Source of the DNA: an uncultured virus (IMG/VR IMGVR_UViG_2811995274_000001)
Lineage: Duplodnaviria; Heunggongvirae; Uroviricota; Caudoviricetes
Direction: 5' to 3' (one strand)
Length of the DNA stretch: 64,000 bases
IMG/VR virus record: IMGVR_UViG_2811995274_000001
How positions within the stretch are numbered: position 1 is the first letter of the stretch; each line of letters opens with the position of its first letter. The translations under genes were made by a program, and so were the position numbers. The notes under the pieces are model-generated. The model saw only the letters and a list, made by a program, of their open reading frames with translations, was not told the origin of the DNA and ran no database searches. Below are positions 21,038 to 31,323 of this stretch, piece after piece.

Positions 21038-23058
21038 AATTCATTCTCTCTTTCTATATATAGTTTTGTTACTCCATAATGCATATTATGTCTTGTTATA
21101 TACTTATTAGTTATATTATATTGTTTCTCTATTTTTTTAGAGAAAGATACTTTTTTTAGCTTTAATTCTTTAATAAGTTTTGGCAAACAATAATTACTAT
21201 ATTTTTCTTTTTGTATACTAGTATATTGTTTCATGTATGATAATAAGTTCTTTTCTAAAAAGAACTTTTTTGTTTTTAATAGCTTTAATGCTCTAGCTTT
21301 GTAAGCAACATAAAATTTATTTATTTTATGATTTATTTCACTATCTATATCTTGAACATAAATGTTATTAGCTAACTTTTTATCTTCTAATACAGCTTCT
21401 GTTCTGCAATAATGAGACATTCTTACACAGTTATCTTTATCACTTTGTATTTGTTTTTCTGCATTATAAAACATATCACTATTAAAATCTGGTATAGAAT
21501 AACATTCTATACGTCTATTATGCATATTATCCCTTTTTATTTTGTTTAAACAATCCAAAATACTTTTAGGTATATCAGAATCTTTTAATATCTTTATCAA
21601 TCCTATTCTGGCAAGATACTTAATTCCTTTATATAGACTTTGTTCATTCTTTTTACAATCATAATACTTATGAAATCTTTTTACTAATTGTTTTTTAGTT
21701 AAATAAAAGATTGGATTATTAGCACCAGAAACATATTTATCAAACAGATAAGTTCTTGCACAATCTAACATCATTAAATAAACTGGAAAAAGATTTTTTC
21801 TAGTTAATGTTTTATCTAACAAAGGATACTTCTCTTTAAAACTTTTATCATATATATAATTTTGCATTTGCATTATACGATAAGACATTTTAGATTGCCA
21901 TTCTGTTTCATATTCTATATTACATAATATGCATAAAAAATTTCTAACGTCTAAAATGCTTACATTAGCAAGCTTACATAATAAATCAATTATATCATAT
22001 TTTATTTGACAAGCATAGCAATGATAAATATATCTACCAGTATTATCTCTTTCAATTCTAGCTGAAGGATGACTATCCTTATGAAAAAAGCACGGAAGGC
22101 TTGTATTTAAAGGCTTGTTGAGCAATTTATCCATTGGGATAGTGCGCAAAATGGAAAATAAGAACCCTGGAACCCTTGTCGTTATTGGCTTAGAGAGGTT
22201 TACGCTAAATGGTGACTGCTTAAACCTATAGTATAAAGGCTTTAGCAGTCCGAGTTTAGTCAATTGGTCTCTAACCCTTGTCATTATTGGGCTCATGACC
22301 ATTTCATTTTCCATTTTGACTATTTTTGTTGTCTCTAATAATGCATTTAAAACCATATTAGTATCTAAATCATAGTTTAAAATAGTAGATTTTTTAATAC
22401 TATTATTATCTTTTTGTTTTAAATTGTTACTTTCTTTTTTAATAGTAATGTAGTTCTTCTTATTAAAAGACAGAATTGAATCTATATCTAAAATAGCATT
22501 CTCATCATAGTATTCTATTTTTTTACCTGGATAGAAGATACGAGATAAGTCTTTACATGCAGTATCTATTATAGTTTTTCCTTTAACAGATAGAATGTTT
22601 GCTAGTGAATTTAAAACATCTAAATATAAGTCTTTATCTTTAATAGAGTCTTTTAAAGCAAAGATAATTCTATATTTATTAATCATATCAGTACTAGATA
22701 AAGTAGTATAAACAATAGATGGTGTAATACCATTATTTTTACATAAGCATATAGCTTCATCTATTGTTGTATATCTTTGCCTATCTTTATTATCTATGTC
22801 AATAGCTATTAATTGTTGTTCCCTCCAATTATTATCTCTATAAGCTTTACTACTAGATCTATTATTTCTGATTCCATAAGAAAAGCATATAGGATATCCA
22901 TTAGTACAATAATAAGCTATTTCTTTAATAGAACATTCTTTTGGATAATCTAATATTCTATTTTTTATTAATGCTATATTATTATTTGCCTCGTCTTTAT
23001 CCTTAAATTGTTTTTTATCATATACCAACAATTTAAATTTAGGCTCTATTAAATTCAT
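21034..23058 (-). CDS. Primase-like replication protein (AEP-type N-terminal domain plus CHC2 zinc finger)
   Basis: IAIDIDN, VYTTLS, KYRIIF, D..CKD.SRIFYP; C.FH.D..PS...YHC.AC. Confidence 0.7.
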   Translation of the reverse strand: MNLIEPKFKLLVYDKKQFKDKDEANNNIALIKNRILDYPKECSIKEIAYYCTNGYPICFSYGIRNNRSSSKAYRDNNWREQQLIAIDIDNKDRQRYTTIDEAICLCKNNGITPSIVYTTLSSTDMINKYRIIFALKDSIKDKDLYLDVLNSLANILSVKGKTIIDTACKDLSRIFYPGKKIEYYDENAILDIDSILSFNKKNYITIKKESNNLKQKDNNSIKKSTILNYDLDTNMVLNALLETTKIVKMENEMVMSPIMTRVRDQLTKLGLLKPLYYRFKQSPFSVNLSKPITTRVPGFLFSILRTIPMDKLLNKPLNTSLPCFFHKDSHPSARIERDNTGRYIYHCYACQIKYDIIDLLCKLANVSILDVRNFLCILCNIEYETEWQSKMSYRIMQMQNYIYDKSFKEKYPLLDKTLTRKNLFPVYLMMLDCARTYLFDKYVSGANNPIFYLTKKQLVKRFHKYYDCKKNEQSLYKGIKYLARIGLIKILKDSDIPKSILDCLNKIKRDNMHNRRIECYSIPDFNSDMFYNAEKQIQSDKDNCVRMSHYCRTEAVLEDKKLANNIYVQDIDSEINHKINKFYVAYKARALKLLKTKKFFLEKNLLSYMKQYTSIQKEKYSNYCLPKLIKELKLKKVSFSKKIEKQYNITNKYITRHNMHYGVTKLYIERENEL

Positions 23059-23273
23059 AAATGCCTCCTGTTACTTCATAGCAGTCATTTTAAGAAGTTT
23101 TTTTAACTTGTATGTATGTTTATGTATTTCTTTATGTAAAAGTCTCTTAAAACTGATGCTATATATTTTTACAATAAATAAAATACAAAAAGAGAATTAC
23201 AATAAAAGGCAGAAAACATATAGTAATATAAAAATAAAGAAAAAGAATAAAAAATAAAGAGGAGAGTTTTAAC

Positions 23274-23621
23274 ATGATTAAACTAACTAAAAAAACTAAT
23301 AAAATAAGTTACGTAACTAATTCTAGTATAGATAATATAACTAAATTAGATAGTGTCGTAGGAGATACTCCTATAATGTTAAAATTAAAAGAAGTATTAA
23401 GAAATAGTTCTACTTGCACTATAATATTTGTTATTATATTCTTAATACTTCTTTTAAGTAATGGATATTGGAACACAAATTTTGATTTAGATAGTTTACT
23501 TACTTTATATGGAGTAATCTATGCTAAACAAGCTATAAAATTTGGAATAGATAGCTCATTGAATAGTCCTAAAGAACAATCACCACAAAATTTTAACTCC
23601 AATCGTCATACATATCTGTAA
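23274..23621 (+). CDS. Membrane protein, possible holin
   Basis: Only convincing plus-strand gene; GAGGAG RBS; hydrophobic helices and a short polar tail. Confidence 0.5.
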   Translation: MIKLTKKTNKISYVTNSSIDNITKLDSVVGDTPIMLKLKEVLRNSSTCTIIFVIIFLILLLSNGYWNTNFDLDSLLTLYGVIYAKQAIKFGIDSSLNSPKEQSPQNFNSNRHTYL

Positions 23622-23814
23622 AATAAGATCTATATTCCATCATCTGTTTACGTAAAGATTCAATATTTGTATTTGTCATCGGACCAATACCAAGAGTTCT
23701 ATATAATAAATCAATAGTATGATTATGATTATATAGATTATTGCTTGATGTTGTTGCTACTTTTTCTTTATTATCATAAAAATGTTTTTGTTTATAATAT
23801 TTTACTATTTCCAT
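23593..23814 (-). CDS. MEIVK-family small protein
   Basis: Starts MEIVKYY. Confidence 0.55.
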   Translation of the reverse strand: MEIVKYYKQKHFYDNKEKVATTSSNNLYNHNHTIDLLYRTLGIGPMTNTNIESLRKQMMEYRSYFTDMYDDWS

Positions 23815-24050
23815 ATTGTTTTCCCTTTTTGTATTAAATAATAAAACAATAACAAATCAATTCTATTTGATTGTCTTCTTTTGAACATTAATTGTATATT
23901 ATTATCAATATAACATTTAATAGGTAATAAAATGCTTTTATAGGCTATTTTATAATATGCATATTTAGATTGAAATATTTGTTCATTTATTTTAATTTTT
24001 CTATTTATCTTATTAAGTTTTTTTAAGATAAAAAATTTAACTATTTCCAT
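23805..24050 (-). CDS. MEIVK-family small protein
   Basis: Starts MEIVKFF, directly after the purA-like stop. Confidence 0.55.
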   Translation of the reverse strand: MEIVKFFILKKLNKINRKIKINEQIFQSKYAYYKIAYKSILLPIKCYIDNNIQLMFKRRQSNRIDLLLFYYLIQKGKTIWK

Positions 24051-25271
24051 TTATTCTAAACAAATAATATCTTTATTATTATTTTCTCCTATTGAATAAT
24101 ATCTTTTATTAAACAAATATTTAAATAATGATTCTGGTTCAATATAAAGATTTTTACCTATGATTAAATTATTTGACGTTTCATTTAAATGAGTTATACA
24201 AATACTTAATGTAACTTTTCTTTTAAGTGCTTGTATAAAATAATTATAATCACTAAAAATACTTCTTAATGTTTCTTTTGCGTCAAAAAATCCATATCTT
24301 AAATTACCCTGAAAACGATTAGGAGCGTTTGTGAGGTCTTTTAAAGCCTTGTTAATATCTTTCATATCACATTCAGAAAAAAACTCACCAGCACCATGTC
24401 TGGTCATATAAGAACGAGATACATATATTAATTCTATCTCTACATCATTAAAATCTGTTAAATTATTTATAATATTATTTAACGGATTTTTTGATCCTGT
24501 GTTAGACGGTGTACAATGTGGCATATATAAATGTGATTCTTTATCTAATAATAGACCTTGACTCATCTCAAAAATATGAGTTTCATATTTACTTACTATT
24601 TCGTAATAGTTTGTTAATTCAATATGATCTTTCATAAAAATAAAATCATTAATATAAGAGTCTATTAAATCATTGTTATTATATATCTTTATTAATGATT
24701 CAATCTCTTTATTTTGATTATGTTCAAAATAAACTTTATTCTTTTTATAAAGATAATTGCTAATCTGTAATAGATAATCCTTAATCTCATTATAAGAAAG
24801 TTTATATAAATCTTTTAAATAATAAGATTGTTTTACTTCTTCATATCTATTTATGGTTTCATAAATACCTTTACCTGTGCTACCATGTGCATTTTGATTT
24901 CTATATATTTCCTTTATTTGATTAATTAATACATCATATGGCGTAGACACTCTAGTATTAGCATCTACAAAAACTTTTAAATTTGGACATAATCTATATA
25001 TTTTATTCCATTCATCAGCAAAAAAGATTGGATTTATAATAAAATTCGAAGTTAAAAAAGTAGGAACTCCTAATAAAGATCCACTGCCAAAATGACTAAA
25101 AACAATTCTTTTTCCATCTCTTACAACTGTATGGCCAGATTGACAACCACCATTATCTCTTATAACAATAGGAGTTTTAGATATATATTGTTTACATATA
25201 TAATCTGTGAACAATCCTTTACCTTCATCTCCAAAATTGGCTCCTATAACAATTTTTATATTTTTTACCAT
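24051..25271 (-). CDS. purA: Adenylosuccinate synthetase-like protein
   Basis: GANFGDEGKG, GG.QSGHTV, HGSTG.GI, FE..QGLLLD, T.SNTG, Y.TRHGAG, N.FQG.LRYG. Confidence 0.85.
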   Translation of the reverse strand: MVKNIKIVIGANFGDEGKGLFTDYICKQYISKTPIVIRDNGGCQSGHTVVRDGKRIVFSHFGSGSLLGVPTFLTSNFIINPIFFADEWNKIYRLCPNLKVFVDANTRVSTPYDVLINQIKEIYRNQNAHGSTGKGIYETINRYEEVKQSYYLKDLYKLSYNEIKDYLLQISNYLYKKNKVYFEHNQNKEIESLIKIYNNNDLIDSYINDFIFMKDHIELTNYYEIVSKYETHIFEMSQGLLLDKESHLYMPHCTPSNTGSKNPLNNIINNLTDFNDVEIELIYVSRSYMTRHGAGEFFSECDMKDINKALKDLTNAPNRFQGNLRYGFFDAKETLRSIFSDYNYFIQALKRKVTLSICITHLNETSNNLIIGKNLYIEPESLFKYLFNKRYYSIGENNNKDIICLE

Positions 25272-25289
25272 TATTGATATACCTCTTTA

Positions 25290-25334
25290 AATAGCAAGGA
25301 TATATAAAAACAATATATATCCTTGCTATTTTTT
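25290..25334. terminator. Intrinsic terminator-like hairpin
   Basis: AATAGCAAGGATATATA-loop-TATATATCCTTGCTATT. Confidence 0.6.
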
Positions 25335-25348
25335 TATGTCTTTATTTT

Positions 25349-26191
25349 TTATAGGTCAAATTCTGAATAATCGCTATTATTATTTGATAAATTATTTCTA
25401 TTCATTGCTATAGTATTATAGATAATATCAGATAGATTTTTTACATTATCTACAACAATAGCTCTTTCATGTAACAGATTTTTCCAATTATGAAAAACGT
25501 CTTTAGAATATGAAGTACCTTCTTTAATAATTAAATGATATACGTCATATTGTTCTTCAACTTTTTTCAATAAATCTTGGACTGGCATTTCGATAAAATC
25601 TGGATGAACATTAAAAACTCTATGAATAAGTTTGGCATTTATTTTATCAATTGGATTATCATCTCCAATTGTAAACAAAATACCTTTTTTATTTCTTTTA
25701 ATAAAAGAATCTGTTTTAGTATAATATTTTGCAAAATACCATGCTAAATCATAAGATTCAAATCTATTACCTCCTCCACCTTGTTCAAACCATATTTTAT
25801 TCATTTGTTCAGCGATTTTTATATCTGATTCAAACTGAGTTACTTGTAATGGAGCTGAATCATAACATGCATCTCCAATTCCCATAAACATCAAATGAGG
25901 TCCAGGAATTGAATTATTATTTAATATTTTTAACATTAAATCATTTAAACTTTTAGATATTGTCATTAAAACTGGATCCATGCTTCCTGTAACATCTAAA
26001 CCGATAATAATAGGTGTAGTAATTGGAAATTCTTTTGAATCACAAGATTCTCTTACTTTAATATTTTTTGGATCAAATTCTGGTAAAATATAATTAGAGC
26101 GATAAATCTGTTGCGCACTTACCGCTGTGTCTAATCTTGTACTTCTTACATAATTATTCCAATCATTTACTGAATATGAACTTGTTCCCAT
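25349..26191 (-). CDS. vWA domain protein
   Basis: RESCDS, IIGLDVTGSM (MIDAS), GIGD...D.APLQVTQFESD, E.GGGGN..ESY, FTIGD. Confidence 0.8.
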   Translation of the reverse strand: MGTSSYSVNDWNNYVRSTRLDTAVSAQQIYRSNYILPEFDPKNIKVRESCDSKEFPITTPIIIGLDVTGSMDPVLMTISKSLNDLMLKILNNNSIPGPHLMFMGIGDACYDSAPLQVTQFESDIKIAEQMNKIWFEQGGGGNRFESYDLAWYFAKYYTKTDSFIKRNKKGILFTIGDDNPIDKINAKLIHRVFNVHPDFIEMPVQDLLKKVEEQYDVYHLIIKEGTSYSKDVFHNWKNLLHERAIVVDNVKNLSDIIYNTIAMNRNNLSNNNSDYSEFDL

Positions 26192-26212
26192 ATTAATAAC
26201 TCCTTATATAAA

Positions 26213-26698
26213 TTAATCTTTAAAAAATATTAAAAAAATGGTCTTTCCTCTACGTTGTCCAACAAGAGGTTTTTTTGAAATAACTTTTAAAACTTCACTA
26301 GTTGAAATTTGTTCTTCGTTCCACTTAAAAACGATTGTTCCATTTTTCTTTAGAACTCTCCAGCATTCATTAAAACCATTACTTATTAATGGTTTCCAAT
26401 CTTTCGGTAATTTGCCATATTTTTGAGCTAAAAAACTAGTATCTCCTGCATATTTTAAATGTGGTGGATCAAATACAATCAAATAAAAACTTTCATTATC
26501 AAAAGGCATTTTAGTAAAGTCGCTACAAATGTCTGGACTGATAACTAATTTTCGTCCATCACATAGTTCTGTATCAAGTTTTCGATTATCCATAAATAAA
26601 ACATTTGGATTATTTTTATTAAAATGCCACATTCTGCTGCCACAGCATGGATCAAGTATTTTTTTATCCAATGTATTAACTCCTTTAAAGAGGCACAT
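26213..26698 (-). CDS. SAM-dependent methyltransferase (DNA amino-MTase-like)
   Basis: ILDPCCGSRM motif I, FDPPH motif IV, RVLK..G...FKW. Confidence 0.8.
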   Translation of the reverse strand: MCLFKGVNTLDKKILDPCCGSRMWHFNKNNPNVLFMDNRKLDTELCDGRKLVISPDICSDFTKMPFDNESFYLIVFDPPHLKYAGDTSFLAQKYGKLPKDWKPLISNGFNECWRVLKKNGTIVFKWNEEQISTSEVLKVISKKPLVGQRRGKTIFLIFFKD

Positions 26699-26715
26699 TT
26701 TAGTGCCTCTTATTT

Positions 26716-29364
26716 TTATTTATTAAAAAGTAATTTTCTAATCATATCTACTGGATACATAGTTAAAGCAAATAATGTTACCATAATCCAACCACTCAAA
26801 TTAAAGCTTGTACAACTAAAAATCTCGCCTACAATACCACCGATTGATACTAATACAATTTGAATAATCATTATTAATGACCAAATCTTAATAAAAGCAG
26901 GATTTTCTTTAATATGTTCAAACACATTAAGTGATTTTGTTCTAACATTAAACGCATTTACCATAAAAGCAAATACAAACATGCAGAAAAATCCAGTATA
27001 AAATTCATTTTCTGTATTAAAGAATGTAGCAACAAATGGAAGTTTAAACCATAAAATACTAATCAATGTTAACCACACGCCCATAACTCCAATTTGTGTA
27101 GCCATTTCTTTTGAAACAATATTTTCATCTCGTTTTCTTGGTTTAGCTTTCATATACTTTCTTAAAGCAGGTTCTCCTGCAAACATAAGAGAAGCTAATG
27201 CGTCCATACATAAATTAATCCATAATAAATGTGTTACTTTTAATGGTGCTTCAATTCCAATAAAAGGACAAATAGCAGAAACAATTACTGCTGCAACATT
27301 AATAGTTAATTGCATTTTACAGAATTTAAGAATATTGTTATACAAAGTTCTTCCATACCAAATTGCATTTTTAATAGAATTAAAATTGTCATCTAAAATA
27401 ACTAATTTACTAGCTTCTTTAGCAACATCTGTACCTGAACCCATAGCAAATCCTACATCAGCTGCTTTTAAGGCTGGAGCATCATTTGTTCCATCTCCAG
27501 TCATACCTACAACTAAATTAACTGATTGACAAATTTTAACCATTCTACTTTTATCTGTAGGTAAAGCCCTAGCTATTACTTTTAACTTAGGTAGAATCTG
27601 TTTAATTTCATTATCAGACATATTGTTTAATTCTTTAGAAGTTAATGCAATATCACTATTTTGTTCACAATATAAACCTGCATCTTTTGCAATAGCTACA
27701 GCTGTTTCTTTTCTATCTCCTGTGATCATTACTACTTGAATACCTGCATTTTGTACTTCCTTAATAGCATCTTTAGCTTCTGGACGTACATCATCTCTAA
27801 TAGCTACTAATGATGTAATAATGGTATCATCATTAATAATGTTTTCTTTTAGAGGTTGTTTGCTATATCCAAAACATAGTACACGCATTGCATTATTAGC
27901 TAAAACATCAATTTTGGCATTTAGTTTATCTAAATTTAATGGTAAAATTTTACCATCATTTGTCATATATTTTTTTGCATGTGCTAATAATACTTCTGGA
28001 GCTCCCTTATATTCTGTAATTAATTGACCATTTTCCATATAGCTAATTTGACTAAATTTATTAGTACTATTAAATTCTTGTTTGTTAATTACATTTAATT
28101 TATTTTTTTGATATTCATTGTTATTAATAAAGTTTAACAAAGCTTTATCTGTCATATTACCGCCAATAACATTTCCGTTAGCATCAAATTCAGAAGCGCT
28201 ATTGTTGGCAATACTTTTATATAAATTTTTGAGCACATATCCTGTTTTATCTAATTCAATATTATTTCCATTTCCATCTAAAACTTTTACTACTTCTAAT
28301 TTACCTTTAGTAATAGTTCCTGTTTTATCAGAAAACAAAATATTTAAACTACCTGCTGTTTCTATACCAATTGCTTTACGTACTAAAACATTAGCTTTAT
28401 ATAATTTTCCAGTATTTTGCATTAATACTAAAGCAATTACTAACGGTAATCCTTCTGGTACTGCACATACAATAATAGTAATAGCAATAGCTATTGCATT
28501 AACAATTCCTACTAAAATTGTACCTAAATCATTATTTAAATATGCAGAAATTCCTCCTGCTAATACAATATAATGCGCTAAATAAGCTAAAGCAATTACA
28601 ATAGAACCTACATATCCAAAATTGGAAATTTGATGTGCTAATTTACTTAATTTAACTTGTAAAGGACTATCTGGTTCTTTTTCTTTCATGTCTTCAGCCA
28701 TTTTTCCAGCCATAGTTTTTTCACCTACAGCCCTAACTTCCATATAGCCTTCACCATTAATTACAACAGAATTTCTAAATAAACTATGCTTATCTACAAA
28801 AGTATCTCCTGTAATTTCTTTAATAAGTTCATATCCTTCTGGAGCTGCTGTTTTTTTACATTCTTCAGCTTCTCCATTTAAAGAGCTATTATCTACAGAA
28901 ATTTTTCCGTCAACTAAAATACCATCTGCTAAAATTTTATCTCCGTTTTGTAATAAAATAATATCTCCTACTACAATGTCATCTACTACAATTTCATTTA
29001 ATTTGCCATTACGAATTATTTTTGCAGTATCTTTTTTCTGACTATCTTTTAAATTTTTATATGCTTTATCATTATCTGTTCCTGTTTTAGCAGTAACAAA
29101 ATTAACTAATATTACAGCTATAATAGTACCAACAGGTTCATACCAATCACTATAACCAAAATAATACATGATTAACATAATAACGCTAATAACACATAAA
29201 ATTTTAATCATTGGATCTTGGAAACCTTCTAAAAAGTGTTGCCAAAAACTTAATGGTTCAGCTTCTTTTATAAAATTAGTTCCATATCTTTGTCTAGACT
29301 CAATTACTTCGTTATCTGATAATCCTTTTAAACTATTATTCAATTTAAATACCTCGTTTATCAT
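26716..29364 (-). CDS. P-type ATPase, Ca2+-translocating (type II)
   Basis: LNGEA, VPEGLP, DKTGT phosphorylation site, KGAPE, MITGD, GDGTNDAPALK, multiple TM helices. Confidence 0.92.
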   Translation of the reverse strand: MINEVFKLNNSLKGLSDNEVIESRQRYGTNFIKEAEPLSFWQHFLEGFQDPMIKILCVISVIMLIMYYFGYSDWYEPVGTIIAVILVNFVTAKTGTDNDKAYKNLKDSQKKDTAKIIRNGKLNEIVVDDIVVGDIILLQNGDKILADGILVDGKISVDNSSLNGEAEECKKTAAPEGYELIKEITGDTFVDKHSLFRNSVVINGEGYMEVRAVGEKTMAGKMAEDMKEKEPDSPLQVKLSKLAHQISNFGYVGSIVIALAYLAHYIVLAGGISAYLNNDLGTILVGIVNAIAIAITIIVCAVPEGLPLVIALVLMQNTGKLYKANVLVRKAIGIETAGSLNILFSDKTGTITKGKLEVVKVLDGNGNNIELDKTGYVLKNLYKSIANNSASEFDANGNVIGGNMTDKALLNFINNNEYQKNKLNVINKQEFNSTNKFSQISYMENGQLITEYKGAPEVLLAHAKKYMTNDGKILPLNLDKLNAKIDVLANNAMRVLCFGYSKQPLKENIINDDTIITSLVAIRDDVRPEAKDAIKEVQNAGIQVVMITGDRKETAVAIAKDAGLYCEQNSDIALTSKELNNMSDNEIKQILPKLKVIARALPTDKSRMVKICQSVNLVVGMTGDGTNDAPALKAADVGFAMGSGTDVAKEASKLVILDDNFNSIKNAIWYGRTLYNNILKFCKMQLTINVAAVIVSAICPFIGIEAPLKVTHLLWINLCMDALASLMFAGEPALRKYMKAKPRKRDENIVSKEMATQIGVMGVWLTLISILWFKLPFVATFFNTENEFYTGFFCMFVFAFMVNAFNVRTKSLNVFEHIKENPAFIKIWSLIMIIQIVLVSIGGIVGEIFSCTSFNLSGWIMVTLFALTMYPVDMIRKLLFNK

Positions 29365-29417
29365 AAATATATAAGGGCGATAATGTTATCGCCCTATTAA
29401 CTTATAAATTACAAATA

Positions 29418-30011
29418 TTACTGTTCTTCTTCTACGTCTAGTCCATAAGCTCTACCAAGAGCAGCTAATCCACCTTCATATCCAGATCCAACAGCAGCAA
29501 ACTTCCATTGTCCATTATGTTTATATAATTCTGCAAACACAACTGCTGTTTCAATAGAGAAATCTTCTCCTAAATCATAACGAAGAACTTCTTCTTCTGG
29601 ACCGTCAATAGAGCTTAATTTACATAATCTAATATAAGCATTATCAACCATGCCAAAATTTTGTTTTAAATTTTTAGCATTATAAATTGTTACAGTAATA
29701 GCAACTTTTTCTACATCAGTTGGAATTTTACTAAAATCAATGATAATAGTTTCATCGTCTCCATTACCAGATCCAGTTCTATTATCTCCACTATAAATAA
29801 CAGCATCATTTTCTGATTTTGGTTGATTATAAAATACAAAATCAGAATCTTTTCTTGTTTTACCGTTTGCTCCTAATAAAAATGCAGAAGCATCTAAATC
29901 AAAACTAGCTTGTCCATCATATTTATTTATATCCCAACCTAGTCCAATTTTTGCTAAAGTTAAACCTTTGTCTAAACTAATTTTTTGTCCTTTTTGTAAA
30001 CTAATTGCCAT
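29418..30011 (-). CDS. terD: TerD family protein
   Basis: GLGWD, FDLDASAF, GDNRTG.G.GDDE, QNFGMV.NA, WKF.AVG.G. Confidence 0.9.
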   Translation of the reverse strand: MAISLQKGQKISLDKGLTLAKIGLGWDINKYDGQASFDLDASAFLLGANGKTRKDSDFVFYNQPKSENDAVIYSGDNRTGSGNGDDETIIIDFSKIPTDVEKVAITVTIYNAKNLKQNFGMVDNAYIRLCKLSSIDGPEEEVLRYDLGEDFSIETAVVFAELYKHNGQWKFAAVGSGYEGGLAALGRAYGLDVEEEQ

Positions 30012-30034
30012 AATTAATCTCTCCCTGTTTATTA

Positions 30035-30649
30035 TTAATTATTTTTTTTAATATAGTTACTAACAATTCCTTTTAATTCTGGGATAGTAGATCCATAGCA
30101 AGAACCTTCGCCACAAGCTTTAAACTTCCACTCATCATCAACTTTCTTTAACAATCCAAAAATCATGCTTTTATAATTGTTAAAGCCCTTACCTGATAAC
30201 TCATACCTGCAAAATTCTTTTTTGTTTGTTTTATTTTCAATTCTAATAAAACTATTTTCTACTTTACCAAAATGTTGATTTCTTTTATTAGCCATATAGA
30301 TATTAACAGTAAACACTATAGTGTTAATATCATTCGGTAATTCATTTAAATTGATATGAATTTGTTCTTTATCTAAGATTTTACCTTCGCCTGTTAAATT
30401 ATCTCCGCTATGTGTTACAGAACTATTAGTATTTTTTAAGTGACCATAATAAATGATTTCACTAATATTATCGTCATTTAATAAAAATGCTGATGCATCT
30501 AAATCAAATTCAGATCTATTAAATAATGATGAAAAGAATCCTTTATTCTTTTTAGGATCCCATCCTAAACATACTTTAATACTCTTTAAGGTACTTCCAT
30601 TTTTTTCTTTTAAGGCTACAACTTCGCCTTTTTGTAAGTTAATTGTCAT
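30035..30649 (-). CDS. TerD/TerZ family protein
   Basis: LGWD, FDLDASAF, HSGDNLTGEG, QHFG.V.N, WKF.A.GEG. Confidence 0.88.
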   Translation of the reverse strand: MTINLQKGEVVALKEKNGSTLKSIKVCLGWDPKKNKGFFSSLFNRSEFDLDASAFLLNDDNISEIIYYGHLKNTNSSVTHSGDNLTGEGKILDKEQIHINLNELPNDINTIVFTVNIYMANKRNQHFGKVENSFIRIENKTNKKEFCRYELSGKGFNNYKSMIFGLLKKVDDEWKFKACGEGSCYGSTIPELKGIVSNYIKKNN

Positions 30650-30670
30650 TATTTTATCAATCCTCTATTA

Positions 30671-31231
30671 TTAAATTCCATATCTATCACAAATAGTTCT
30701 TAAACCGCCTACATAACCATCTCCAACAGCAGCAAATTTCCATTCACCATTGTGTCTATAGATACGTCCAAAAATAATACCAGTTTCAATGGAATAATCT
30801 TCATCTAAGTCATATTTACATAATTCCTTATTAGTATCTTTATCAATGATACGTACATAAGCATTATTAACCATACCAAAATTTTGTCTACGGGAGTCTG
30901 CTTCATAAATATTTACAGAGATAGCAATTTGTTCAACATTATTAGGAACTTTTTCTAAGGAAACAGTTAATGTTTCATCATCTCCACTACCTTCACCTGT
31001 TAGATTATCTCCTGATAATACAATTGCACCATTAGAAGATTTTTGTTGATTAAAGTACACATAATCTACAGCTTTATTATCATCATTCAATAAAAAAGCT
31101 GATGCATCTAAATCAAAACGTTCTCCATCTCTGCTAGATACGTCCCAACCTAAACCAACTAATAGATTTTTTAAACCTGCATTTCCTTTTGTCAAATCTA
31201 CTTTCTGACCTTTCACTAAATTAATTGCCAT
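30671..31231 (-). CDS. terD: TerD family protein
   Basis: INLVKGQKVDLTK, GLGWD, GDNLTGEGSGDDE, YRHNGEWKF. Confidence 0.9.
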   Translation of the reverse strand: MAINLVKGQKVDLTKGNAGLKNLLVGLGWDVSSRDGERFDLDASAFLLNDDNKAVDYVYFNQQKSSNGAIVLSGDNLTGEGSGDDETLTVSLEKVPNNVEQIAISVNIYEADSRRQNFGMVNNAYVRIIDKDTNKELCKYDLDEDYSIETGIIFGRIYRHNGEWKFAAVGDGYVGGLRTICDRYGI

Positions 31232-31323
31232 AATATAGTCCTCCTTGAAATTAATAAAAAAAATATATATATATCAACTTAGACAAATTGTCCAAGTTAA
31301 ATAACAAAAGCTTTATAAAAACT

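Noticed and set aside
24051..25271. PurZ / 2-aminoadenine (Z) genome pathway, suggested by the PurA-like gene plus the DUF5664-like gene
   Set aside because: The P-loop is GDEGKG with the PurA Asp, not the PurZ-type GSTGKG, and the two genes are about 17 kb apart
28118..28573. Plus-strand ORFs such as 28118-28573, 35063-35503 and 11041-11277
   Set aside because: Antisense shadows of well-supported minus-strand genes, with no recognisable motifs
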